Source of the DNA: Mustelus asterias
Lineage: Eukaryota
Assembly: GCF_964213995.1 (NCBI RefSeq)
Contig: NW_027590191.1
Span: 310,001 to 374,000, forward strand
Reading direction: 5' to 3'
Length of the DNA: 64,000 nt
Under the pieces are notes generated by a model, which saw nothing but the letters and a program-made list of their open reading frames with translations, did not search any database and was not told where the DNA came from. Position numbers and translations under genes: made by a program. Of this stretch, positions 1 to 10,996 are shown in pieces (position 1 is the stretch's first letter; the number at the start of each line of letters is the position of its first letter).

Positions 1-864
1 AGTTTGGATGGTGGCAATAAATCTTCAATTCCTGACCAGTAATCTAAACAGCAGCGAAAAAGTCAAACTCTAACCACCAGCTCACAGCGTGTTTTAGAAT
101 TTAAATTATCCAGGCTGCTTTTGTTTTCACGCCAGACCAGTTTCGCCACAAACAGCTTTCTCCTGCAAAATGGCAACTTGTGGTTCAACACCAGTGATGT
201 GCTCAGCCAATGATAACATACAACGGACACTCCACTGCATTTATCACTTTTGCTTCCGACTGTTCGGAACCGGACAGAAATATTTCCAAATGCTTTTCAA
301 TGCAGGGTGAGGGAACAGTTTCATAATTCAGTGTCACTGTAAACAGTAAAATCTGACCCATTACCAGACAGATTTTACCTTGCAAAAACGTCTCAACCGT
401 TCGTAGTTTGCTGCCTTACACTTTCCTTCTCTTTCTGTATTTATTCTTGAAGTGTTGCACATGTGAAATTTCCAGCTCTGATATAAACTTGCAAACCTCA
501 CTCGGCTGATTCTAGTAGACCTGTATTCGATCGGAGAGTAAATCAGATCATTATTGATGGTTTGCTGAGAGCAAATAGTCTTATTTTCCTCAGCGGGAAT
601 TGAAACAAGTTATCCCATGGGGAGTGTTGAACACAAACACTGAACTACCAGGGAAACTAGTGAACTGTGTTTTTTAAACTGACTTAACTTATGTCCCTTG
701 CTTATTATTTCTATCTCAGATCTTTTTCACTTGTGACATGTTTCTCCTTCAAAATGTTCTGTTTGGATAGAACATAAATGCCTCCTTCAGCTGATGACAA
801 CACGGATTGAATTCGTTGGGACATGGAACTGAGGGTGAGGTGAAATAATCCCACAAGCTGCTGA

Positions 865-1278
865 AGCTTAGAAGGATGAAGGAGAATCTGATCGAGATAT
901 ATAAAACTCTAAATGGATTGATAGAGCAAAGGTAGACGAAACGTTTCTTCCTGTGGGGCAATGTCGAACAAAAGATCACGTCTATAGTTTGAGAGCCGGT
1001 ACATTGAACACTGAGATGAGGGGGAACTACTGCTCGCAGAGGGTGGTGAATTGGTGGAACTCGCTGCTCCATAGCGCGGTCGAATCTGAATCGTTCAATG
1101 ATTTCAAGAAAGGATAGATTTAGTTCTGGTAAAGAAAAATGCATTAAAGGATATGGAGAACAGGTGGAGAGGTGGATTTCAGATCAAGGAGAGGTCAACA
1201 ATGATCTGATTGAATGGTGGTGCAGGACCAAAGGGCTGAATTTGCCGACATCTGCTCCCAATTCCCATGTTCCTATGA
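865..1278 (+). mobile_element. Degenerate CR1 LINE 3' fragment
   Basis: Decayed RT C-terminal motifs (cagagggtggtgaattggtggaactcgctgc; KGYGEQ) and a CR1-type 3' tail (ttcccatgttcctatg), similar to the younger CR1 ends in this window. Confidence 0.75.
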
Positions 1279-1719
1279 TTCGATGTGTAACGTTCAATTT
1301 TCAAGCCCACCAACCTCATCACTGCAGTTCTGTTGAAGTATATGTACAGTACGTCCTCTGCTTCCCCTACACCCACAACACATGTGAGTCGTGCAAGTAA
1401 CGTTGTAATCGTCTCATTCTGTGGTGTAATCATTCTGTCATTCTCTGTTTCCCTCATTTATTTTCTCCTGGCTTCCACGCTACCAGATGTTGTTATGATT
1501 CCTCCCTGCTCGATTTCACTTTTTAAAACTTCTTCTATTTCTAAACATTCCCAATGTTAATGAAAGGTCATGGAGGTGAAGGTTTAACTTTGTTTCCATC
1601 TGCACACACGCCGGTTAACTTCCTGAGTTTTTCCAACCTCAACACATTTCAGTGCAGATGTCGGATCCGCTTTTACATGGCAGTGAAAATACATTTGGTT
1701 GACATGTTATTTGAGAGAT

Positions 1720-1809
1720 GGCTTGATGGACTAGGGGTGTGGTTCTCGCTTCGGATGTTAAAATCCGCAAACGTGCGAGCGGTCCCGGGTTCAAATTGTG
1801 GGCAAGCCT
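1720..1809 (+). pseudogene. tRNA-Pro(CGG)-like pseudogene with an 18-nt intron-like insert
   Basis: Matches the vertebrate tRNA-Pro consensus (GGCTCGTTGGTCTAGGGGTATGATTCTCGCTTCGG...GTGCGAGAGGTCCCGGGTTCAAAT). Anticodon CGG at 1752-1754 is followed by an 18-nt insert; the 3' side of the T-stem is degenerate. Confidence 0.75.
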
Positions 1810-2394
1810 TTGTTCCGAAATGGACAAGTAGCGGATTCTGTTTGTTTATTTCCCGTGATATGTTGGAATTGGTTCACATGGGGTAGGACTTGATAACCCG
1901 AGCACTGACTGCAAGGCTTCTGTTAGCACAGCACACTCACAGCGAATCTAGACATTTTCAAAAAGTGACAATTTTTGCGGACATTCACTTAATTCTTATT
2001 CACCCAATCAGAGCATCCCATGCTTGTGGGTTCAGAGAGTTGTTGTTTGTATATTGGGTTGTGGGTGTCTGCCTCACTCTCTGTCCCTCTCTGTTGCTGA
2101 AAACCTGTCTCAGACTCTTTCACTCTTTCAGTCTCTCTGTCTGTGCATCGATCACTGTTCCCCCTTTTGCTCTTTGCTCCCTCTATTCTCTACGTTTAAC
2201 AAAGGTTCACTGGATTTAATCCTATAATGAGGCAGTTGTTCTGGGAGGAGTGATGCAGTGGGATGAGACTGTTCTCTCGTTAGATTAGAAAATTGAGAGG
2301 TGAGCTGATTGAAACGACTGAAAATGGGGCGACAGTTTGACTTCGGACATGCTGAGACGCCGTTTACCCACCTGGTTTGAGTGACAAGCAATTT

Positions 2395-2606
2395 ACTGTG
2401 AAATTCTCCGAGTCACCACACTCCAGCGCCTTTTCGGGTCAGTGCACCTAACCAGCACCTTTTTCAGACTGTGGGAGGAAACCCACGCATTCACGGGGAG
2501 AACTTGCAAACTCCACACGGGCAGTGACTCAAGCCGGGAATCACAACGACACGGTCAGTGTCGCTGTAATGAAGCAGTGCGAACCAGCGTGCCACCCTGC
2601 TGCCCT
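2395..2606 (-). mobile_element. HE1-type (V-SINE) shark SINE, degenerate
   Basis: Reverse complement of the HE1 core (gtggagtttgca...ctccccgtg...gcgtgggtttcctccca...ggttaggtgca). Confidence 0.75.
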
Positions 2607-2838
2607 ATTAATCTCACGGTTCCTGCTTTCTGAGTTAACCCTATCTCTGCTTCCCCGGCATTCGAAGAGTTTGTGCTTAATTCAGCGGGAAGTTTTCTTC
2701 TCATTTTGCGTGAGATTTGAACGAGGATCCGGGAGATTGTGTCTGTGGGAACAACAATCATCCGCAATGTCATTCAATCACTCCAGCCTTGCATCTTATC
2801 ACAAGGTCCTAAATAGAGTTCTCTCCCTGTATTTGCCG

Positions 2839-3245
2839 TAACTTCAGTGTATTTTTTTCTAATTCCATTTAGATTAGTTTTCTTTAACTGAACTTTGCCT
2901 CCTTACGTAGTTAAAGGGTAGATGTTTTAATTAATAATAAGATACAACAATGTGTCACCCTGTTTGACATGAAATAATACAAAGTGAGGATTAATCATTT
3001 CAAAATACGTTCTTAATTCAATATATATTTTGGAGGGGGTCTACCTCGGGGTGCCATTCACTCACTCATCTGTCCTAATTTAAACAAGAGGTGGGATGAC
3101 GAGAGTCCAGATTGCGAAGAGTCACACCATGGAAACGACAGCACTCTGACCTTTGACATTCGGCCTTTCTCCCAAAAGACATACACACACACGCACACAG
3201 ATACACACACACGCTTGCTCAATAATTGCCAGTCTCCAGTCGAAT
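2839..3245 (+). repeat. Local direct duplication, copy 1 (copy 2 at about 5300-5705)
   Basis: Colinear blocks taacttcag...gattagttttcttt...gtgtcaccctgtttgacatgaaat...gtgccattcactcactcatctgtcc...ccagtctccagtcgaatggtt occur in both places. Confidence 0.8.
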
Positions 3246-4216
3246 GGTTGTTGGTGTGTAACACCAAATGTTCCTTTCTTTCAACAGAGGAGTTAACGAG
3301 TAGTGAAAGATTTAAAAAAACACATTGTTGATGCAGGCATCTGTCGCCAGTGGCTCAGCAATGTGCAGTGTAATAGAAGTTGAACTGGCTGACAAATTGT
3401 CACCCCAATTCCTGCTTTGTGAGGAATTTAAACAAAAGGTCCTTCAACAAATCCATCCTCAACAATGGCAAAGAAGAGCAAGGATCCGCCTAAATTTAAA
3501 TTCGGTTCGCTGGATTCATATGCTCACCATTAGACCAGAGATCCTACAACAGAGCAGCCAGCTGATATCTGCAGCGATGTTGGGTTTGCTGAAGGGTATT
3601 TCATTTTAAATTCGCAGAAAGTGGAAATCTAAACACTGAGGGAAATTTCATCAAATTCCACCGCAGTCACATTGCAGATGATGCAGCGAATGACTCTCCT
3701 GGCGTCATTGCATCAGCCCCAGAGGGCAATTGCTCATGAATACACAGCGCTGAAAGGCAGGGAAGCCATAGTGGGCAAGGGGTCCACCTACATGTGGCAT
3801 TCAGTCACTCATCTGTCCCAATTTAATCAAGAAGTCGGAGCGAGAGGCCAGAGTGCGTTACACCTTAGAATCGGCAGCACTCTGATCGAAGACAGGAGAC
3901 TTTTCTACCACAACGCAGACACACACCGCCACACGCACACACACGCGCGCGCGTGCGCACTTACGCACGCACACACATGCCGAACTCCAGTCAATTTATT
4001 GTTCTCCGACACCAACTGCTTCCCTCTTTCAACTGAGGAGTTAAAGAGTAGCGAAAATATGAAAAGCATTGACGTTGCAGGCATCTGGTGCCAGAGGTTC
4101 AGCAATGTGCATTGTGATAGTCGTTGAACTGGCTCGTAAATTGTCTTCTCGGTTCGTCCTTTTTAACAAATTTAAACAAAATGCCCTTCAGTATATCAAT
4201 CATCTGTACTTGCAAA

Positions 4217-4566
4217 AGGCTTCTCGGCCTTTTGGCTAAGATCAAGTGTAGTTTGGATTGGATGCTGCACTTGGTTGAGGTCATTAGGTTACATTGAAGC
4301 TTCATATGTTTCATATGAAGCAATTTTTAAAAGCGGTATCTCGGCCTTTTGGCTAAGATGCAAAAGAGATCAAGTCTTGGAGGAGGTATTGCTTTCCCTC
4401 CTCCAATCAGCTTGGCTCATGTAGATCGGGCCCAGGACAGGGTAAATGGTCGCTTGCCCTGTCTTGCCAGCCTGGATCGGAAATGTCTCAACTTGTTGAG
4501 ACTCTGAATTGGACTTGATTTGATTGAATTAGAAAAGTATATTTAAAAAAAAATATATATAAAAAA
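4217..4566 (+). mobile_element. U2 snRNA-headed insertion, unit 1 (candidate SINEU-like or non-autonomous Keno-like retroposon)
   Basis: U2 nt 4-37 at 4219-4252, a second U2 piece (nt 7-27) at 4339-4359, several hairpins, an A-rich 3' end, and atctgtacttgcaaa on both sides. Confidence 0.65.
4219..4252 (+). pseudogene. U2 snRNA 5' fragment (nt 4-37)
   Basis: GCTTCTCGGCCTTTTGGCTAAGATCAAGTGTAGT is identical to the vertebrate U2 5' end; the rest of U2 is absent. Confidence 0.92.
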
Positions 4567-4581
4567 ATCTGTACTTGCAAA

Positions 4582-4898
4582 AGGCTTCTCGGCCTTTTGG
4601 CTAAGATCAAGTTTAGTATGGATCGGATGTTGCGCTTGGTGGAGGTCATTAGGTTACATTTAAGCTTCATTTGAAGCAATTTTTAAAAGCGGCATCTCGG
4701 CCTTTTGGCTAAGATGCAAATGAGATCAAGCCTTGAAGGAGGTGAGTTTGCACCTACTCCAATCAGCTTGGCTCATGTAGATCAGGCGCAAGACAAGAGT
4801 GAAGGCCCTGTCTTGTCAGCTTGGATCGGAAATTTCTCAACTTGTTGAGACCATGAATTGGACTTGATTTGATAGAATTGAAAAAGTATTTTTTAACA
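4582..4898 (+). mobile_element. U2 snRNA-headed insertion, unit 2 (tandem, 365-bp period)
   Basis: U2 nt 4-39 with one mismatch at 4584-4619 and a second U2 piece at 4695-4715; body is a diverged copy of unit 1; followed by atctgcatttgcaaa. Confidence 0.65.
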
Positions 4899-4921
4899 AT
4901 CTGCATTTGCAAATTGAAGCA

Positions 4922-4993
4922 AGGTCCCGCCGAGGTTTGAACTCGGATCGCTGGATTCAAAGTCCAGAGTGCTCACCATTACACCACGGAACC
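4922..4993 (-). tRNA. trnaq-uug: tRNA-Gln(TTG), intact
   Basis: Reverse complement GGTTCCGTGGTGTAATGGTGAGCACTCTGGACTTTGAATCCAGCGATCCGAGTTCAAACCTCGGCGGGACCT, 72 nt, all stems pair. Confidence 0.93.
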
Positions 4994-5978
4994 CACCACA
5001 CGACAACAAGCTGCAAATGGTCGCTCAATATTTGTGCCAATTTGGACAGCCGGGAGCAATATCAGTCCCATTGCACAAGCCCGTCAATTACCCACAGCAA
5101 TTCATATTTACATTGCCCTTGTTGGTTCCTCCTGAAAAAAAATGAGTAAGCTGTCTTCAAATGCATTAAATTTCATGCAGCTCACCACGTGCAAAGAGCA
5201 ATGCTGGTATCGAACTGTTATAAACCTGACTGCGGTAAAAAAATTCTGGTAAAAATGGATGGATGGATGGATTAAATGTTCTGGTAAAAATGATTTGCAT
5301 TAACTTCAGCGTCTTTTTTTCTCGTTCAATTTGGATTAGTTTTCTTTGACTGAACTTTATCTCCTTACGTAGTTAAAGGGTTGAGATTTTTTTTTAAATT
5401 AGATACACGGATGTGTCACCCTGTTTGACATGAAATGAAATAAAATGAGGATTAATCATTTCAAAAGATGTTATCAATTGAATATATATTTTGCAGGGGG
5501 TCCACCTACGGGTGCCATTCACTCACTCATCTGTCCCAATATAAGCCTGAGTTGGGACGGCGAAAGTTCAGATTGCTAAGCATGACACCATGGAAACGGT
5601 CGCACTCTGACCTACGACACGAGGACTTTCTCGCAAAACACACACGCACACACACACACACATACACACTCTTGCTCAATAATTGCCAGTCTCCAGTCGA
5701 ATGGTTACTTACTGCCGAGGAATGGAGAGCTGGAGTTCATCCAGGAAAGCAGCAAAGTTTATAAATAATGAGAACCAACCAATGTTGACCTGGTCCATCA
5801 TTCCTTGTGTCAGTCAATCCATTCTGTTATGCTCTCCATCACAAACCTTCCCTTTTAATCTAATTATTGAGTGATTCCCGTCTTCAATGCCGCAGGAACT
5901 CATTAGCTTAATTAATGTTTCGTGAGAAACGAGATCGTTCTGAAATTTGAATCAATTTGAAATAAAACCGGTTGGAAA

Positions 5979-6051
5979 CGCTCCTGGCTGGTCTCGAAAG
6001 GTGGATTTTCAGCATGTGAAGCAAACGTGCTAACCACGACACTACAGAAAC
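5979..6051 (-). pseudogene. tRNA-Val(CAC) pseudogene
   Basis: Reverse complement GTTTCTGTAGTGTCGTGGTTAGCACGTTTGCTTCACATGCTGAAA... resembles vertebrate Val-CAC with many stem mismatches. Confidence 0.7.
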
Positions 6052-6254
6052 AGTTCATGTGCATGGAGTAGTTTCGGCTTACTGCTGGAGCAACCACGCT
6101 CATTCGACAAGCCGGTCAGTTGCTCACTTTACATTCTGTCTGCTGGTTCCTCTAATCAAAATGAATGATGATGCATTCTACTGCATTCAATTTTAGGAAT
6201 CACATCTTTGACCAAAGATGTTCACAACGTTTATAGTAATATAAGTGAAAATCT

Positions 6255-6319
6255 GACAGTGGAGGGATTTGATCCACTCCTCTACAAATATCGCTATCCT
6301 AAATTTAGTGCCTTCGACC
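6255..6319 (-). pseudogene. tRNA-Leu-like relic interrupted by a Penelope insertion
   Basis: tgacagtggagggatttgatcc...cctaaatttagtgccttcgacc resembles the reverse complement of tRNA-Leu; paralog at about 33025-33090. Confidence 0.4.
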
Positions 6320-7330
6320 AAAAGATAAAACGCTGGAAAATCTTAGCAGGTCTGGCAGCATCTGTAAGGAGAGAAAAGAGCTGATGTTTCGATTCCAGAT
6401 TACCCTTTGTCAAAGGTAAAATGCATACAAAATGGGAGATATTTATGCTGCAGGGGGATGGAAATGAAGGATGGGTCATAGCTATAGAAACCAGGGGTAA
6501 ATACTGCTAATAGCTATCCACAGAGAGAATAAAGGGTGTATATGGCTAAATGGCAGAGAAGCTGCAAGCTGTATCAGATGAAAATGTTGGGGGGGGGGCG
6601 GCTGTGGTGGCGGGGTGATCGGTGGGATGGGACAGAGGTAGAATGTTGAAAAGGGGAAGTGGTGGGGGGGGAAGAAGATAAGGGGAGGGGGATGAAGTAG
6701 GGGGACAGTAGGAAGAAAAAATGAAGAAAGACAATAAAGAAATAAAAGTTAGAGAACAGTAAAAAATTAAATAAAATAGAGTGAAAACATAGGGGGACGA
6801 GATGGGGTAGAGCAAATCATCTGAAGTTGTTGAATTCGATGTTGAGCCCGGAAAGCTGTAAAGTGCCTTGCCAGAAGATGAGATGCTGTTCCTCCACTTT
6901 GCGTTGAGCTTCACTGGAATATTGTACCAAGCTAAGGATAGACATGTGGGCATGAGAGCAGGATCGCATGTTAAAGTGGAAAGCAACCAGAAAGTCAGGA
7001 TACTGATTGCGCACATGACGAAAGTGCTCAGCAAAGCAATCACCCAGTCTACTCTTGTTCTCTCTGATATAGAGGAGACCACATTTGGAGCGGCAAATGC
7101 AATGCACCAAATTGAAAAACGTGCAAGTGAAACGCTGCTTAACCGGGAATGTATGTTTTGGAATTCGGATGGTGAGCAAAGAATAGGTAAAAGGACAGAT
7201 GTGACACCTTCTGCGATTGCAATGGAAGGTGATGGGGGAGGAGTGGACCAGGTTATCCCAGAGGGAACGGTCTCTGCGGAATGTTGACAGAAGGAGTGAA
7301 GGGCAGATGTGTTTGGTGGTGGCATCATCA
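6320..7330 (-). mobile_element. Penelope-like element 3' fragment with GIY-YIG endonuclease remnant
   Basis: ORF 6817-7563 contains CNRRRCHICP...FTCTFFNLVHCICRSKCGLLYIRENKSRLGDCFAEH...HFN...GLNIEFNNFR; PLE terminal motif at 6320-6420. Confidence 0.85.
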
Positions 7331-7349
7331 TACACATCATTCGACGGTC

Positions 7350-7567
7350 TTAACAAAAAACTTTTTCCTGTTTCTTGCAGATGTAAAGAAACACAAGCTA
7401 TCCCATGCGCTGCCATTTGAAGACACTCGACATCTGTCTCCAGCAATACTGTCTTACTCTCTCTCAACGCTGTCCCTGTTCCCATTTTCATTTCATCCTC
7501 TGTATCATTCAACATATTAACAAAAAAACTTTTCCTGTTTCTTGCAGATGTAAAGGAACACAAGCTT
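7350..7567 (+). repeat. About 50-bp direct repeat (7350-7399 and 7517-7567)
   Basis: ttaacaaaaaa(a)cttttcctgtttcttgcagatgtaaag(a/g)aacacaagct occurs twice. Confidence 0.8.
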
Positions 7568-7946
7568 CATTCGATGCGCCTTAGTGTCTTAGACTTCCCA
7601 TCAATGACACCAGCAGAAGTCATTGCTATCAAACCGATATTGGCAGTGAACAGAATCAATGGAGTTGGATTAGATCACACTGGATTAGATCGCCATTTAA
7701 AATCAGGGCGGATCCCCAGCTCAACAACCGCCTCATTTCAGGAATCAACTCAATTTCTCTTTTGGTCCACCCAGACAGGAAGAGCATAGAAGGAACAAAA
7801 ACAAAAGAGGGGAATGAATAGCTGGACGGAGAGAGGGAAGGACTGAGGCAGAACTACAGAGGGAAAGAAAGACAGAGCCAGAGTGGGATTGATACTCAAA
7901 GAAACAGATACACTTCACTATTCCATATGTTTTCAAGAAAAAAACC

Positions 7947-8195
7947 TTGAAGGCATTGGAAAGAGCAAATACTATGGCCCTGAAAAATATTCTGACAATG
8001 GTGCTGAAGAATTGCGCGTCAGAACTCACCGCAACCTTCGCGAAACTGTTCCTAAGCTGTAGTACTGGCATCATCCGCCAATGCTACATTTTGCCCAACC
8101 TTCCCGGTTTGCATAAGTCAGGTCAAATCCAACGCTGCCAATTACCACCAGTCTACTCTTAATCGTCAGTAACGTGACGGAAGGGGCAATAAACA
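7947..8195 (+). mobile_element. Degenerate CR1/L2-clade LINE RT N-terminal fragment (paralog about 33452-33705)
   Basis: KNILTMVLKNCASELTATFAKLF, then KSNAANYH.SLLLIVSNVTEG, a decayed GPDNIP...YRPISLL region. Confidence 0.65.
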
Positions 8196-8204
8196 TCAGG
8201 AGGT

Positions 8205-8797
8205 ACTTGAACGCAGACTGGAGGAACATCGCCCGATTCAGCACTTCCTGCGTTATGGACTTAACATTGAGTTTAACAACTTCAGAACATCTCCTCTCCT
8301 CCATCTTCACCCCATTTCCATTTATTTTGTTTTAATAAATTTCATCTTATTTATATATTTTTATTATTGTATATTGCTCATACATATATTAATTTCCATG
8401 TTTTGCATTGTTTAATTAAAATCTCACTTTCGATCTTGTAGCTCCCTCTCCCTCCACCCCACTCGGGCCATCCCTTACATATTCTTTGTCCTGCCATTTA
8501 CACATTCTGATCTCTAAATGGGCAGTCAGCAGCACCCTTCTTAGCCATGATTAATTCCCTTTGTTTTTTATTTATTTATATGTGACACCTTGGTCACCCA
8601 CCCCACACCCATATCCCTCACCATTACAGTATAAATCTCGTCCAAATTTATTTGTCTTCAGCTCTAACGAAGGGTCATCCAGACAGTGAACGTTCACTCT
8701 ATTCTCTTTTCACAGGTGCTTTCAGGCCTGTTAAGATTTTCCAGCATTTTCTGTTCTTGTTTCAGATTCCAGCATCCGCAGTAAATGTTTTTATATC
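8205..8797 (+). mobile_element. Penelope-like element 3' end, degenerate (paralog about 33725-34334)
   Basis: ggacttaacattgagtttaacaacttcaga (GLNIEFNNFR) and terminal ctctaacgaagggtcatccagac...ttttccagcattttctg. Confidence 0.7.
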
Positions 8798-9524
8798 AAG
8801 GGGCACTTGTTAGACAGACTTGCTCCTGGTGTACAAAAAGTAAATGTTGGAATAGAAGCAAAGCGCCAAGTTAGCATGAGTAGTTTAGATTAAAAACCTT
8901 GGAGGCAGTTTCCTGGTAGTCCAGTGATTAGGATTTGGCGCAATCATCACAGTTGTTAGGGATTGCGGTTTCGGAAGATGCTGTGAAAGAAGGTTTGACC
9001 AGTGTATTGAATCAAATAGGTTTAAATGCAAACAACAATTTTCAGTGGAAGCCTGTGGCTCTGTTAGTTAATATTAAGTTATTGAAACATAGTTATTTTT
9101 AAAGGAAGAAACCTATAAATATTTCTAAATAACATCTCACTCCAACATCACTGAGCCCGTGCGTTGAACACACATGCCCATTCTGCGCATATGCATCAAA
9201 CACACAATGAACTCCCTTCAATCATTTATTTCATTTACAATGTGGCGTTTATCTATTTAACACATTGTTCTATTCCAATCCCTCATGACTCCCGGGCTGC
9301 AGCTTACGGCTGTGGAGATATTTCATCGTTGGAGAGAAGCTAATTTAATTGAGACCTCAGGCACAGGTACTGAAAAATCAAACGCTGTTTCCTTCCGTTA
9401 TCTTCACCCGAGTGATTGGAAGGGTTAAACAGCCAAAAATCCTTTCAATTCCTGTCAAATTCCCTGTCGTGCGATAAAGAAATTCACTTTGTCCCTTTCG
9501 TCCCTCCACCAATAGAACTAACTG

Positions 9525-10996
9525 GAGATAAACGGTTAATGTTACGCCGCTGTTTAAAAAAGGAAGGAGACAAAAGGCGGGTAACTATAGGCCGGTCAGC
9601 TTAACGTCTGTAGTAGGGAAAATGCTGGAATCCATTATTAAAGAGGAGATAGCAGGGCATCTGGGTAGAAATGGTTCGATCAATCAGACGCAGCATGGAT
9701 TCATGAGGGGAAAGTCGTGCTTGACGAACATGTTGGATTTTTATGAAGATGTGACTAGGGCGGTTGATGGAGGAGAACCGGTGGATGCGGTGTTTTTGGA
9801 TTTCCAAAAGGCGTTTGATAAGGTGCCCCATAAAAGGCTACTGAAGAAGATTAGGGCACACGGAGTTGGGGGTAGTGTGTTAAAGTGGATTGGGGACTGG
9901 CTATCCGACAGGAAGCAAAGAGTCGGAATAAATGGGTGTTTTTCCGGTTGGAGGAAGGTAACTAGTGGCGTGCCGCAGGGATCGGTACTCGGGCCGCAAC
10001 TATTTACCATTTATATAGATGATCTGGAGGAGGGGACGGAGTGTAGGGTAACGAAGTTTGCAGACGACACAAAGATAAGTGGAAAAGTGAATCGTGTGGA
10101 GGACGGAGAAGATCTGCAGAGAGATTTGGACAGGCTGAGTGAGTGGGCGAGGATATGGCAAATGGAGTATAACGTTGAGAAATGCGAGGTTATACACTTT
10201 GGAGGAAATAATAACAAATGGGATTACTATCTCAATGGAAACAAATTAAAACATGCTACCGTGCAAAGGGACCTGGGGGTCCTTGTGCATGAGACGCAAA
10301 AGCCCAGTCTGCAGGTACAACAGGTGATCAAGAAGGCAAATGGGATGTTGGCCTATATTGCGAAGGGGATAGAATATAAAAGCAGGGATGTCTTGATGCA
10401 CCTGTACAGGGCATTGGTGAGGCCGCAGCTGGAATACTGTGTGCAGTATTGGTCCCCTTATATGAGGAAGGATATATTGGCATTGGAGGGAGTGCAGAGA
10501 AGGTTCACCAGGTTGATACCTGAGATGAGGGGTTTGGATTATGAGGAGAGGCTGAGGAGATTGGGTTTGTACTCGTTGGAGTTTAGAAGGATGAGGGGGG
10601 ATCTTATGGAGACTTATAAGATAATGCGGGGGCTGGATAGGGTGGAGGCGGAGAGATTCTTTCCACTTAGTAAGGAAGTTAAAACTAGAGGACACAGCCT
10701 CAAAATAAAGGGGGGTCGGTTTAAGACAGAGTTGAGGAGGAACTTCTTCTCCCAGAGGGTGGTGAATCTCTGGAATTCTCTGCCCACTGAGGTGGTGGAG
10801 GCTACCTCGCTGAATATGTTTAAAGCGCGGATGGATGGATTCCTGATCGGTAAGGGAATTAAGGGTTATGGGGATCAGGCGGGTAAGTGGTACTGATCCA
10901 CGTCAGATCAGCCATGATCTTATTGAATGGCGGGGCAGGCTCGAGGGGCTAGATGGCCTACTCCTGCTCCTATTTCTTATGTTCTTATGTTCTTAT
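9525..10996 (+). mobile_element. CR1 LINE, 5'-truncated, young
   Basis: RT ORF (GVPQGSVLGP, FADD) and tail tatttcttatgttcttatgttcttat; empty site in the paralog at about 42900. Confidence 0.95.
9622..10896 (+). CDS. CR1 ORF2 reverse transcriptase, partial open frame (424 aa)
   Basis: QHGFMRGKSCLTN, DFQKAFDKVPH, GVPQGSVLGP, KFADDTK. Confidence 0.85.
   Translation: MLESIIKEEIAGHLGRNGSINQTQHGFMRGKSCLTNMLDFYEDVTRAVDGGEPVDAVFLDFQKAFDKVPHKRLLKKIRAHGVGGSVLKWIGDWLSDRKQRVGINGCFSGWRKVTSGVPQGSVLGPQLFTIYIDDLEEGTECRVTKFADDTKISGKVNRVEDGEDLQRDLDRLSEWARIWQMEYNVEKCEVIHFGGNNNKWDYYLNGNKLKHATVQRDLGVLVHETQKPSLQVQQVIKKANGMLAYIAKGIEYKSRDVLMHLYRALVRPQLEYCVQYWSPYMRKDILALEGVQRRFTRLIPEMRGLDYEERLRRLGLYSLEFRRMRGDLMETYKIMRGLDRVEAERFFPLSKEVKTRGHSLKIKGGRFKTELRRNFFSQRVVNLWNSLPTEVVEATSLNMFKARMDGFLIGKGIKGYGDQAGKWY

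Larger units (their letters stand above)
3600..5240 (+). repeat. Segmental duplication of a tRNA-Gln unit (paralog at about 29470-30460)
   Basis: Colinear similarity from cagaaagtggaaatctaaacactga through tRNA-Gln to ctgttataaac...tgcggtaaa; the paralog lacks the U2-headed insert. Confidence 0.8.
5780..8950 (+). repeat. Segmental duplication (paralog at about 32550-34510)
   Basis: Same order of Val relic, Leu relic, LINE RT piece, Penelope 3' piece and Glu relic; this copy has an extra Penelope insert at 6320-7330. Confidence 0.85.

Noticed and set aside
28-660. tRNA-Glu-like relics at about 28-90 and 587-656 (also about 8909, 30628, 32210 and 32475)
   Set aside because: Faint similarity only; too decayed to delimit or list as features.
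4219-4715. Functional U2 snRNA genes, or a CRISPR-like array of four repeats
   Set aside because: Only the 5' 21-36 nt of U2 are present, with no Sm site or 3' stems. The intervening sequences repeat between units and the DNA is eukaryotic with no cas genes.
6546-7340. 264-aa hydrophobic and Pro-rich ORF
   Set aside because: Alternative frame of the Penelope fragment running into its low-complexity 3' region.
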